Shown piece by piece: positions 1 through 12,532 of a stretch of DNA of 64,000 bases; position 1 is the stretch's first letter, and the number at the start of each line of letters is the position of its first letter. A model generated the notes under the pieces. It was not told where the DNA came from. It did not search any database and saw nothing but the letters and a program-made list of their open reading frames with translations. A program made the translations under genes and the position numbers. The stretch is from Octopus bimaculoides (Eukaryota), in NCBI RefSeq assembly GCF_001194135.2, contig NC_068993.1, positions 41,759,478 to 41,823,477 of the forward strand, given 5' to 3'.

Positions 1-356
1 GTCAGATCGTAAAAAACTCATTAAGCTTCCTCTATCTAATTTCGTAGATTAGATAGCTGAAGGTTAAAAGAGTTTGTAACTCACATTCAGTATACATACA
101 TACGTACATACATACATACATGCATGATGGCTGCAAACTCGTGTTCAAGTATTGCCATCACCTGATCGAAAATCCCAGACATGCGAAGGCTAGGACTAGC
201 CATTTTTGAGACAGGTCTTACTTCTGTTTCCAAACAATACCTGTGCATAATGATTCTTTTATAGTAGGGAAAGGATTTGCACAAATCCGATCCCACTCTC
301 TGAACATAGACAACATAAACTCGGAAAGAACTAGTGTACATCATCGAACACTGTCA

Positions 357-392
<36 letters not shown>

Positions 393-1101
393 NNNNNNNN
401 NNNNNNNNNNNNNNNNNNNNNNNNNNNNNNNNNNNNNNNNNNNNNNNNNNNNNNNNNNNNNNNNNNNNNNNNNNNNNNNNNNNNNNNNNNNNNNNNNNNN
501 NNNNNNNNNNNNNNNNNNNNNNNNNNNNNNNNNNNNNNNNNNNNNNNNNNNNNNNNNNNNNNNNNNNNNNNNNNNNNNNNNNNNNNNNNNNNNNNNNNNN
601 NNNNNNNNNNNNNNNNNNNNNNNNNNNNNNNNNNNNNNNNNNNNNNNNNNNNNNNNNNNNNNNNNNNNNNNNNNNNNNNNNNNNNNNNNNNNNNNNNNNN
701 NNNNNNNNNNNNNNNNNNNNNNNNNNNNNNNNNNNNNNNNNNNNNNNNNNNNNNNNNNNNNNNNNNNNNNNNNNNNNNNNNNNNNNNNNNNNNNNNNNNN
801 NNNNNNNNNNNNNNNNNNNNNNNNNNNNNNNNNNNNNNNNNNNNNNNNNNNNNNNNNNNNNNNNNNNNNNNNNNNNNNNNNNNNNNNNNNNNNNNNNNNN
901 NNNNNNNNNNNNNNNNNNNNNNNNNNNNNNNNNNNNNNNNNNNNNNNNNNNNNNNNNNNNNNNNNNNNNNNNNNNNNNNNNNNNNNNNNNNNNNNNNNNN
1001 NNNNNNNNNNNNNNNNNNNNNNNNNNNNNNNNNNNNNNNNNNNNNNNNNNNNNNNNNNNNNNNNNNNNNNNNNNNNNNNNNNNNNNNNNNNNNNNNNNNN
1101 N

Positions 1102-1140
<39 letters not shown>

Positions 1141-1306
1141 TGCTTGTTTCATTCATTTGCTTGTCAGCCACCTTGATATACTGAAATTATTATGAATAGA
1201 AATGTAAATTTTTACAGTTTACATTTAAAGTGAATATCCCGATTAATTGAATCTGCTGTAGCGCAGATGTAACAATAAAATAATTAATTCTTTCTGCTAT
1301 ATATAT

Positions 1307-1500
1307 AAGGCCTGAAATTGGGGGGGGGGATTCATCGATTACATCGACGTCAGTACTTAAGTACTCAACTGCTACTTATTTAATCGGACCCGAATGAAAG
1401 AAAGGCAAAGTTGATCTTGACTGAACTGGAGCTCAAAATGTAAAAAACGGACGAATTGCTGATAAACATCTTGTCCGGTGTACATACGAGTCTTCTAGTT
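1307..1500 (-). mobile_element. tRNA-headed SINE, family B, degenerate
   Basis: Contains tacttatttaatcggacccgaatgaaagaaaggcaaagttgatc, a decayed version of the family-B core seen at 59.9-60.2 kb. Confidence 0.75.
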
Positions 1501-4034
1501 TGCTGCATAAGTAATAATTCATTTTTAATAGTGGAACTTGAAATAGATAAAGGTATAAATATTACCATGTAAATATAGGATTCAAAACTATTTGGATAAA
1601 AATATTCAAAGATTGCCTGTGTGGCTCGAACCAGGATCTACTGTAAACAGGACAGATGTTCTAGTATTGGACCAAAGCGATCCTTCAAACTTTTCTGTTT
1701 CAGAAACTTAGCTCTTTCCAGTAAGAATTATAAAACACGAATAGGGGTTAATAACATCGAAACATGCCTTGAGGTATCGCTGTACTTACTAAGATAAAAC
1801 GCCTTCTTTAATGCATGTATCAATTTTTTAAAATCAGTTTTAATGACGAAATAGTCCCACTTATTTTGCTTTAGAAAGCTTGTCATTAATGATCAAAATT
1901 TCTTGTTTTTACGGGTACAATTTTTATTAAAATATCAGTTATTAGTTCAGAATTGCAATCTGTGTATTTTATTTAACATGGATATAATGTAAGAAATCTA
2001 CAAAATTATGTTGTGAAGATAAATAGTGCGAGCGAAAGCTATAGAATTGGTAGATCTGGGATTTCTGCGGATTTACGCGTCATCGGGGGCAAGTATCCAC
2101 TATTACCGTATGCTTACACAAATTTCGTTCCTACTGATGTAATTCAAATGTTTCGCATCCACTTCATTGATCAAATTAGTCAGTACTAATATAAGTCAGT
2201 GTAATAAAAGTATAGCTTTCATACCAGTATGAGAACAAATTTGTTTAACTCACATATGAATAAAGCTAACAGTATTTGCTTTCCATACAATTCGATGAAA
2301 TTTCTAATCTATTCTTTTACTTAAATATCTTTATCCGTGTACGGTTGAAGTATTGTTCATATATTTCAGCGTGCATAAGAATACAAGACAATGATTTTTC
2401 TAAGTTTTTTTTCTACGAACATGCTCTTACATTTTCAGATTTCTACCATTTTACAGTTATAGTCCCTCGCTGTTATGTTCCAAATATTTCATAAAACAGA
2501 GATACGATTCCCTCTGCTGGTTGTACCAACTTTATGGGAATGCCTGAAAAACCTCAGAAAATTAGCTTTAGATATCGTGTGATTAATGCTTTATCAAAAG
2601 AAAAAACAGTATCGACTTTCCAGAATATGCACTCACGCACGAACATAAAAATGTGCTCATAGGCGGAAACAATACCCCTACATGTATATAAATACAGAAA
2701 ATATTTAATGTTTCTTGCAATAAATAGCTCAAAAATTGACTTAGATTTAGTCTTAAATCTCTTTGAAAGAAAAAATTGTGTGTGGGTATGCATAGAGGAA
2801 CTTGACAACCTTGAAAATTAAATTTGTTTCTCATAATTCAAGCAAGGAATAAAAAATATTTGTGATTTTTTTCTTCATAGAAATATATTCTAAAAGCTTG
2901 CTTTTATCCCTTCCCATTTTCTTCCTATTTGAATTCCCTTCACTCTTGTCTCGCATATTCTCTCCCCACCACCACCACCACCTCTTTTTCTTTTCTAGCA
3001 TTCATAATTTTCCTTTTCCTATCTGTTTCCATGACGAACTGGTTCTTCAACCGGCAAAATAAAAAAAAAGAAAAGGAGAAAAAAAATTAAATTTACTATT
3101 ACCCTTTTTCTTTCACTACTTCCTTTCCGTCTCCTTACTTATGTCTCTCCACATGCTGGTTTGTATCACTATTTAATACATGCCTTCATTTTTCTCTTCC
3201 TGCCTTTATATTTCATACTACTAAATAATATTTTTGAAAACTCTTATTCAATTTCCGTTCCTATTTGTACAGTGAATAGCATTATCATTATGGTTCACCA
3301 TTTTCACTGATTTTTTTTTCATTTATTTCCATGTCTCTCTTTCCTTCTCCCCCTCATTCTGTCCTACCATCTCTCTCTTTTCTATGTCTCTGTCTTTGTA
3401 GCTGTGTCCCCCCTCCCTCTCCCGTTTACAGTTCTTTATTTCCCTTGCAATTCATTTTCTCATCTGCCAACCACATGTCCTCATATTTGCTTGATATTAA
3501 TCACATCTCCGAAGAAGAGTAAAAATATAAATGATACTGTAAAGTAGATTAGACACTGAGGATAAAATACCAAAAAGAAACAAAAAAAGAGAATAAAATA
3601 AAAAGAAAACTAAAGAAGGAAAAAAATGGTATTCTCTGTCCAAAGAGAATGTTATCGGAATGTAGGCAACGTCTCACATCAGAAACAGAAGAAAAAAAGT
3701 TTCTTGTTTATTAGATTAGTTTCCTTGAAGATTGAAAATTATATTCGAACTGCTAGATGCAAAATCTGATGGTACTCAAACCCGATCTACCTACGTAGTT
3801 TTGTTTCTTATATTCCCTTTTCTTTGGTTATAGTACTGTATTGAATGGGAGATAAAGCAAAAACAAAAAAAGACAAAGATGTTCAATTTCAATGTGATGT
3901 TTGGGTGTACAATTTGATAGTAATTTCCATCATACAGAGGCGCTGAAAGTAGTTTTGGGACAAGTTACTTTCTCCTGCATCACTGGAGAGCACAAGAGTA
4001 CAGATTACTGAGAAATATTAATGCTGTTAGTGAT

Positions 4035-4220
4035 GGTGGCGAGCTGGCAGAACCATTAGCCCACCGGGCAAAATGCTTAGCGGCACTTCACCCGTCTTTA
4101 CGTTCTAAGTTGAAATTCCCTTGGAGTCAATAAAATAAGTACTAGCTGAGTACTGCATTCGATGTAATCGACTTACTCCCTCGCTTGAAATTGGTGCCCT
4201 TGTACCAACATTTGAAATCA
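4035..4220 (+). mobile_element. tRNA-headed SINE, family B, internally deleted
   Basis: GGTGGCGAGCTGGCAGAA head (A-box-like), degenerate B box AAGTTGAAATTCC, tail gaaattggtgcccttgtacc shared with other copies. Confidence 0.85.
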
Positions 4221-4336
4221 ATAGTAATGTGGTAGTGATGGCAATACACAGCTGTCTCGTATATACCACTATTAATTTGGTAGTTAATTGGAGACTGAGG
4301 GAATAGGATACATTCATATTGTGCAGTGCTGTTGAT

Positions 4337-4723
4337 GGTGGAGGCGCAATGACTCAGTGGTTAGGGAAGCGGACTCGCGGTCATAGGATCGTGGTTTCGA
4401 TTCCCAGACTGGCGTTGTGAGTGTTTATTGAGTGAAAAAACCTAAGGCTCCATGAGGCTCCGGCAGGGGATGGTGACGAACCCTGCTGTACTCTTTCACC
4501 ACAACTTTCTCTCACTCTTACTTCCTGTTTCTGTTGTGCCTGTAATGCAAAAGGGTCAGCCTTGTCACACTGTGTCACGCTGAATATCCCCGAGAACTAC
4601 GTTAAGGGTACACGTGTCTGTGGAATGCTCAGTCAGTTGCACGTTAATTTCACGAGCAGGCTGTTCCGTTGATCATATCAACTGGAACCCTCGATGTCGT
4701 AAGCGACGGAGTACCAACAACAA
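4337..4723 (+). mobile_element. Full-length tRNA-headed SINE, family D (about 390 bp), with (CAA)n tail and target-site duplication
   Basis: A box TGACTCAGTGG, B box GGTTTCGATTCCC; ends caacaacaa; flanked by cagtgctgttgat (4324-4336) and cagtgctgtcaat (4724-4736), 11/13 identical; second copy at 53815-54097 on the minus strand. Confidence 0.9.
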
Positions 4724-4863
4724 CAGTGCTGTCAATATTTAGAATGATAAAGAGCAATCTCTGGTCGCATCGTAAACGATAATTCGATGAGTTTGGACCA
4801 GTTCATATCATATAGAAGACAAATCTTACGTCTCTGAACTACAATAGCTTTTCGTCTCAGTGT

Positions 4864-4914
<51 letters not shown>

Positions 4915-5479
4915 TAACGCATACTACTATCAGTTTCCTCGTAATGTACTTCTTATCAATCAATATACGCACAAGAAGCAACATTAGATTAAAATTACAA
5001 GGTTTTTATCATTTACATTCAAATGTAAAGCGGTGTTAATTGTAGGATTTTGTCTCGGAGAGCATCTTCACTTAAGAGGTTATGTGTTAATACCACGAGC
5101 ACTGATCGATGTCAGGACCATCAGACACCGACGTTTTCGTTGGAATTATTTTCTCAGTGAGGCCACACACTTGGTCATTCGGAGTTGGCAAAGAGATTGT
5201 TCATGAATAGAAGTCTGCAAATACATTTTGCTGCTTTTTAAAAAATTGTTTCAATATATTTGGCAAAGCATCGTTTCGAGAATGCTCAATTTTAAACAAG
5301 CCATTTGGTATATATTGCGCAATATATAAACATATTTACTTCCTTTTTAACATAACTTCAACAACTTCTTTTTAGTGAAGGCGGCATGATAGCATTTGAA
5401 GAAAGAGTTGCTTGCAATTTTTTCTACTTCTGCGACTGCTTAAATGCTTCCTAATTTATCACCATATTCCCCAACTATC

Positions 5480-6470
5480 CCGCTAAATTACCCTCCTCAT
5501 CTACAGGATTTTAAATCTCACACCGATGTTATCATTGAGGAGATTTCATAGCAACAGCTCCTCCTCGTTTTCAAATAATAAGGATAACAAAACGGTGGCG
5601 CTATATCATCGCACTAGACATATTTACATCTTAAATAAACAACACCAACACATACATGCCTCATCAAGTAACGCAACTCGTCTAAGTTTCACTTTCTGCT
5701 GTCTACCATACCCTGCTTGCCACAACCACGTTGGTGAATATTCGCCTTAACTCTCCTTGGATCAGTTACCAATTATGATCACAGCACGATCACACATTAA
5801 TGAAAAGGGGAAAATTATTTTTATGAACTTCAAGAAACCAGAATGGAATCAGTTTCAACCATATTAAAAAACAAGTTTCAGAATACCTCACAAAAAAACT
5901 AATACAGACACCGCGTTACCTACCTTTATGAAGGTATTTATAAAAGCATCTAAAAATATGTTCCGCAAGGTAACATAAAGTACACAACACCAGTCAGACA
6001 TCAGAAATAGCCATCCTCGTAAAAACCAGAGACGACCCCAGACATAAAACACAAAACAACACGAAACTAATATTAAACTTGGTATAAAATAAATAAACAA
6101 AAATAAGCAAAAATTATCAAAACAAACTTCAGAAAAACAGAATCTGGCAGATACTTATATCCCATATTTACCATAAAAATATCAGTAAGCATATATCAAC
6201 AACAACAGTCACGCCACCAAAATAATATTAAATAATAAACCTACACTATACCAAACAGATGACCTTGTTAATTGTTTCTTCAAAATAAACCGCGAAGGAC
6301 CATAAAAAGAAGACGGGAATATAATACGGAACAGATAATTCAGTGAAGCCGAGATTTTGACACTATCCGTGTGACCCCAAAAAGCAAAATGGAAATCTAA
6401 AACCTACAAAGCCCCAGTCCCAGACGAAATATCTATGACCAGACAAAATTACTGCAGCCTTTAATATCTA
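5480..6470 (+). mobile_element. Degenerate non-LTR retrotransposon ORF2 fragment (APE endonuclease to start of RT), I/jockey-group-like
   Basis: Frameshifted motifs in the expected order: VIIxGDF (5528-5547), LDQLPIMI resembling SDHxPI (from 5757), FKKPEWNQF resembling FKKADW (from 5829), KAPVPDEI resembling KAPGPDGI (6408-6431). Confidence 0.7.
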
Positions 6471-6592
6471 CAATTATTCACACACAAATTTGTTGAATTC
6501 TCAGAATATGCAGATGGTAAACAAAAATTGACATAACAAAGGCAAATGCGTATGCAAAATTATTATACCTATACGAATATACATAAATATCA

Positions 6593-6668
<76 letters not shown>

Positions 6669-7029
6669 TGTGTGTGTGTATACATATATATATATATATA
6701 TATATGTGCATATATATATATACATATATGTATACACATATAGATATATATAAATATATACACATATAGATATATAGGGATATATAGATATGCGAAAGAA
6801 AATCACATGTGTACAAGTATATATATATATATATATATTGAGAAATAAATTTACTTTTACATGGAATATGAAAAATACAGAAAAATAAGGGGAGAATGCA
6901 TAGTTTTTTTTACAATAGGTAATGAATCACTGAAACGTGGATATGATATGTCTGAATTTTACAAAGTTACTTGATTAGTTTGACCTTGACCTTGATCGAC
7001 CAAATAATCAGTTGACTCGACATAGTCGG

Positions 7030-7130
7030 AAAACTGGAAGGAAGCAACTTGAACTCCTGCTGTCCAATGTCCCAGATAAATTCACATCACGGCTAGAGAC
7101 TCAAAAGACGACAGCAATGTACAGGGCACG
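7030..7130 (+). mobile_element. Possible 3-prime end of the same LINE type
   Basis: LELLLSNVPDKFTSR resembles the LDxFLxxVPDEP motif that ends many I/jockey-group ORF2s; by-eye match only. Confidence 0.35.
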
Positions 7131-7254
7131 AAAAGCCAGTCGCATAAGAATGGCCATTGAAGAGGTAATTACATTGCAGGTGCCCCAGCATGGCTACATA
7201 CTTTGAGTTGAAACGCATAAAAGAATAACAGAATATACTACGTAGTCGACCAAA

Positions 7255-7525
7255 TTATCAGATGTCATACATCACTGGTCACAATGCGCTTTGCATCAAT
7301 TTGGCTTTTCAATTATGCCACCTCGCTAACTAGGTGAGCAGACTAACATTCGCCCCACCCAGTCGGAAGGCTAGTCCGTTGCAGGGTTACACATTTACAG
7401 CTGAGTGGACTGGACCAACATTTAATGAAGTATTTTGCTCAAGAACACAACACGTCGCTCGGCCCAGGGCTCGAACCTACGATCGCTAGTCAGCGAGCGC
7501 ATCACCCTGGCCACTAGGCCATGCA
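7255..7525 (-). mobile_element. tRNA-headed SINE, family C
   Basis: Minus strand reads GCATGGCCTAGTGG (A box) ... GGTTCGAGCCC (B box), then gttgtgttcttgagcaaaatact and cctgcaacggactag, resembling conserved SINE central domains. Confidence 0.85.
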
Positions 7526-7533
7526 TATTCACA

Positions 7534-7589
<56 letters not shown>

Positions 7590-7890
7590 NNNNNNNNNNN
7601 NNNNNNNNNNNNNNNNNNNNNNNNNNNNNNNNNNNNNNNNNNNNNNNNNNNNNNNNNNNNNNNNNNNNNNNNNNNNNNNNNNNNNNNNNNNNNNNNNNNN
7701 NNNNNNNNNNNNNNNNNNNNNNNNNNNNNNNNNNNNNNNNNNNNNNNNNNNNNNNNNNNNNNNNNNNNNNNNNNNNNNNNNNNNNNNNNNNNNNNNNNNN
7801 NNNNNNNNNNNNNNNNNNNNNNNNNNNNNNNNNNNNNNNNNNNNNNNNNNNNNNNNNNNNNNNNTATATATATATATATATATATATATG

Positions 7891-8230
7891 GTATTGCTTA
7901 TGGCCACTTTAATATGGCTGTCCTCTAAGAGACGACGATACTTCCATTTAACCTCAGAACGAAATATCCAGCTGATTTATTCAGTGTTTCTCGCACTCGA
8001 TATTTATTGTAAACGGGAGATAACTCCTGCCACCCTAGCTCTGAGACTACCAGACCACATGGTTTCGATCTAAGTTGGATCTTCTCGGTCGCGGGAACTC
8101 GTTCGTCAATTACTGATTCTGTAACTAGGAAACTAGTCCGTAAGCAGATCTCTGTTCGAACCAAAAAGTATTGTTTATGGCTACTTTAATGTGACTGTCC
8201 TCTAAGAGACGACGATACTGCCATTTGACC
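7891..8230. repeat. 63-bp direct repeat (7891-7953 and 8168-8230), period 277 bp
   Basis: Pairwise comparison by eye: 57/63 identical. Confidence 0.9.
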
Positions 8231-10161
8231 CAGGAATTCATCTCCTCCAGCTGGTGTATACGTTTCGACTCGTATACTGCTTCTATCTTAAATGATTGAG
8301 AAAATGTAATGATGTAGGTGCATCTGTGGATGTCATTCCCTTGGGTGGATGAATGGTTATTGCCCCAATTTACTGGCCCGAATAATGATGGCATCGACAC
8401 ATATTTTGACGTTAACGTGTCTTATGTAGGACGATTATTTTACAAAAGCAATCTACCAAAGTTCAGCGCCCTGGGATATCGCAAATGAAACAACAAAAGT
8501 ATTTTTTCACCCGATTAAACGCCTGTTAAACAACCCATCATATAGGTTTTACACGACTAGATTCGAGTTACTTCCCCTGCTAGATAAAGTTGCTTATATG
8601 ACTAATAAGGGTGGGGCGAATATAGAAACGTTGTCAGGAACATCGTCTAAATAAAATTATTGAAAGGCGTGCTCATGTGGCTTTGTATCTATCGTAAATT
8701 TTGAGTCTAACCCTAGTTATACAACTTTCAAATGTGAGCTGTACCACCTCAATGTGCCTATTTGTAGGTACGAACGTCTTAAACACAAAAGCCAGCTTAG
8801 CGACATCATACAAAAAATATTTCGGCTGGTAGACAGACGCTATTGTTGCTCAGGCACCTGCAATTTTATATTGATCTAAAATGTAATACACTTTATACAT
8901 CACACATACATTCTGTACAGCGATATCATCTAATACCGTTTAATCTACCAATACAAGTAATATTAAATATATATAAAGGACACTCCAATATAAGCAGATT
9001 CCAAATTTGCTTAAACTAATATGTATTTTCATTTTTATAAGTATTTTTCAATAAATTTTAGTATGTTTGATTAGCAAATATATTTCTAGTTCTGGGTATT
9101 TGGCAATATATTTTACCAAACATGTCGAATGTACAGAAAATATTAGGTTTTGTATTAGTCACGATTTTGACCAGAACTAAAATGTTGCTTATTTCTTTTT
9201 CAGATGGTCTCCTCTTGAATCTTTCCAGTATTTTCTTCTTTCTTAGTCGAAGAAAGAGAAGTCGTTAAGGTCACTTTTAGTATAGCATTTTATTTGAACA
9301 ACTCTTATTTTGACCGAACCAATATCTCATTTTCCATAGAAACGCCTTTGACATCTTACACTCATCTTAACTCCAAACTTTCAGAATGCTGACGACACAA
9401 ACCAACTCATTTTTCTTTCATTCGTTCATTCATCTTTTCTTCCTCTTCTCTTCTTTTCCTTTTTATTTTCTTTCTTTATTTGCTTTCTGTATCTTCTCTT
9501 TCGTGACGTTGAAGATTTAAATCAATTATATCTATCAAGATTTCGGCTAAAAGTTCTACTCTGACACTCTGCAAAGAATGAACAGAATTCAACGTACCAG
9601 GAATATTTTCCCTTTCTATTCGACAGTTCAAAGAAGCATTTCGATGCAATGTTTGGAACCCTTTCACGGTACACTATTAACTGATTAGATAAGATATGGG
9701 CTAGATCCGACCACTTTTTCAAACAGCGGGATTCATTCTCTGTTTTATATTGCGAACTGGTATGAGTGTGCGTGCGCGTGAGTGTTTTTATGTGTGTGTA
9801 TGTGTATCTGTGGGGGTTTTTATGATTAATGAGTGCTGTCATAATCTAGCAGCAAGAAGAATTATTGGAAGATAAAGTAGTAAGTTTACATCATTTGTGT
9901 CAACCTCGCAGATATATATTCCTACCTATTAATCTGACTAACATCCTAATTGTGTGTGTGTGTATATATATATATACATAGATAATATCACACAGCATGT
10001 TTAGTATTCGCGATTGCCCTTACAACTTTAATGCAGTGTTGGATCAAAAGAAAAAGAAACAGAGAAAGGAATACGTACATGTTTACCTACACAAGTGCGT
10101 GCGTGCGTGCGTGCGTATGTATACACACGTATGTATATCTATACATGTATAAATGTATATA

Positions 10162-10232
<71 letters not shown>

Positions 10233-11009
10233 GCACACATGTGTGTGTGTTTGTGTTTATGAGTGTAAGAGCACAGCTGTCCCAAGATGTCAGAAACATT
10301 TGAATACGGTACACTGTAACCTAAAAAAAGCTATTCTTAAAAAGGCCAAACCTTAGAAACACATTCAATAAAATTTTTAAAATATATCTGGAAAATATAC
10401 TATTCCAATGGGGCAATAAATATTGGAAGAATAGTTGAAGGAATCCTACAATAAAAGCGAAACATAACAGATTATACATGTTACGCTGGTACAAAAGTCA
10501 TTAAAATATAATATTGGTTTCAACTTTTGAAAGAAGACGAGCAATTTCGAGGGATTACATCGGTCCTTTTAGCCGAATGGCAAAGTGAAAGAGATGTAAA
10601 TAAAGCAATGCTGGCTGACAGACGATGGGAAGGATAAACATTTAAAACATCAAAAAATAGGACATAATTCATGAAAAAAACATTGTTACAAACTGTTATG
10701 AGTAATTGTTTTGAGAAAGATATAGTAAATAATTTGAAAAACAAAAACAGATACCTGTGTTGTAAGTCAATGCCTCGGTTCGAACACGGACTGTATGCAT
10801 TTCAATAAAGACATTTTTCATAAATAAAAGCTAAATCTTTCAAAGTGAGTGATGGAGCTTGAAACAACAAAATAAACTAACCATGTCGTTCAACAACTAC
10901 ACATCAATCAGAAAGACGCACGCACGTACGGAGACACACACACAAAAAAACATACACACACGCACATACGCACATACACACACCTACGCGCGCGCACACA
11001 CTCATACAT

Positions 11010-11150
11010 GATAGGTTTCGACACAGTTTCTGTTTCCCAAATTCGCTCACAAATGCTAAGACACTTCCCCAAAGTGGTGCCTTGTGAAACTGAACCTGAA
11101 ACTACGTTTGTTGCTAAGCTAGCTTCTTAAAAGCACGGCCGTTCCTGCAT
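11010..11150 (-). mobile_element. SINE family A (CORE-like) head and core, degenerate
   Basis: Decayed reverse complement of the family-A head/core (ggttcagt... gggaagtgtctt ... gtgagcgaatttggg). Confidence 0.7.
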
Positions 11151-11945
11151 CAATTATCTACTTTGTTGAAGAATATTGATAATTCACCAAGCTAAAGTAA
11201 TTCATTAAAAAAAGAATATCGCTTAACTAATTGTATTAACACCAATTTATCACTGGTATTGTAAAACTCAGATTCAATTTAGTTCGTTCAAAATATGTTG
11301 AATGTTTTCGAATTATATGACGAAGACTTATTGTTAGAGCTCTTGCCGGAACATCGTTTACATGTTATATGAAGAATTTAAAATTCAATCGGAAGAAAAT
11401 TTCTATCTGATAAACTTCATTTCCAAACAACCTGGAAACAAGAACCTTAGCAGGATGGGTCAGACTTTAATTACTTGCAAATCAGCAAGATTGTAAAGAC
11501 GCCAATAATTGCATCACGGTGATAAATTACTGAAATGGATTTCCAAAACGTGTAAAGATTCTTAAATCACTAACTAGAACTAGAATTGTTTCTGTAGTAT
11601 TAAGGAAATTGCGAGGCAACTAAATTAGCTGTATATTCACTCATCTTGTATCGAAATATGTAAAATTATATCAACAATTATCTGAATAAATCTTCCCAAT
11701 AATATCAGAAGATATCACAGAAATGAATTTGTATGTTCCTCATTAGTGGCATGAACAATATGTGCTATTGTTGAAGAAGCCAAAGGGCAAATGTAGCAAA
11801 ATTCTACAAGCTGGGCTTAAGATGTATAACGTGGACAACTTAAAAACATTACGGAATTGAAAATTAAAAAAAAAAAAAGGAAAAATGTACCAATCTGTTG
11901 TAAACCGTTATAAGAAAATATTCTGAAACATTTACGCTTTATTTT

Positions 11946-12035
11946 TTAAGTCTGGTATTTATTCTTTCGATCTCTTTTGCCGAAACGGTAAGTTATGGGA
12001 TGTAAACAAACCAGCAACAATTGCCAAGCGGTGAT

Positions 12036-12088
<53 letters not shown>

Positions 12089-12258
12089 ATACACATACAC
12101 ACACGCACACACGGGGTTCTTTCAGCTTCCGTCTATCAAATCCACTCACAAGGTTTTGCTCCGCTCCAGACTATAGTAGAAAGCACTTGCTCAAGGTGTC
12201 ACGCAATGGGATTGGACCTGAACCATATGGTTGGGAAGCGAGCTTCTTACCACACAGG
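11946..12258 (-). mobile_element. SINE family A with central (CA)n tract
   Basis: Head, CORE-like segment caccttgagcaagtgctttctactatag, (CA)n linker and tail module cttttgccgaa, all in the family order. Confidence 0.88.
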
Positions 12259-12532
12259 CATATATATATATATATATATATAGTAAATCCCAAAAACGAA
12301 GAACAAACACAAAAAATAAGGGCTTTTTAAAGAAAAGCAAAGATAAATATATACAATTAGATGATTTGAGGTGGAATTATGAAGTATAAAATCATTATTA
12401 TGAACCTTTATAATGATTCAAAGTCATACCGGTATCGTCAGAAGCTGATCACTGACGTTGAATGAACACCGATTTCCAAACGGTGTTGGGTCTAATACTA
12501 CCTGAGTGAAAATATTACATGCAAGGGAGGTA

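Noticed and set aside
1609-1684. tRNA-like sequence on the minus strand (TGGTCCAAT..., GGTTCGAGCC)
   Set aside because: The acceptor stem pairs only partly, the D arm does not pair and the T arm has a 3-nt insertion; at best a SINE-head relic or chance.
1977-2188. About 70-codon stop-free plus frame (RIGRSGISADLRVIGGKYPLL...)
   Set aside because: No convincing splice sites or recognisable motif; within chance expectation.
7012-7164. Apparent phase 0-0 exon with CAG and GTAATT boundaries
   Set aside because: The peptide resembles a LINE ORF2 C-terminus and lies just downstream of a LINE fragment, so a TE relic is more parsimonious; exonisation is not excluded.
9204-9268. Acceptor plus a tail-anchor-like peptide DGLLLNLSSIFFFLSRRKRSR*
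   Set aside because: Pyrimidine-rich context produces both AG acceptors and hydrophobic codons by chance; no partner exon.
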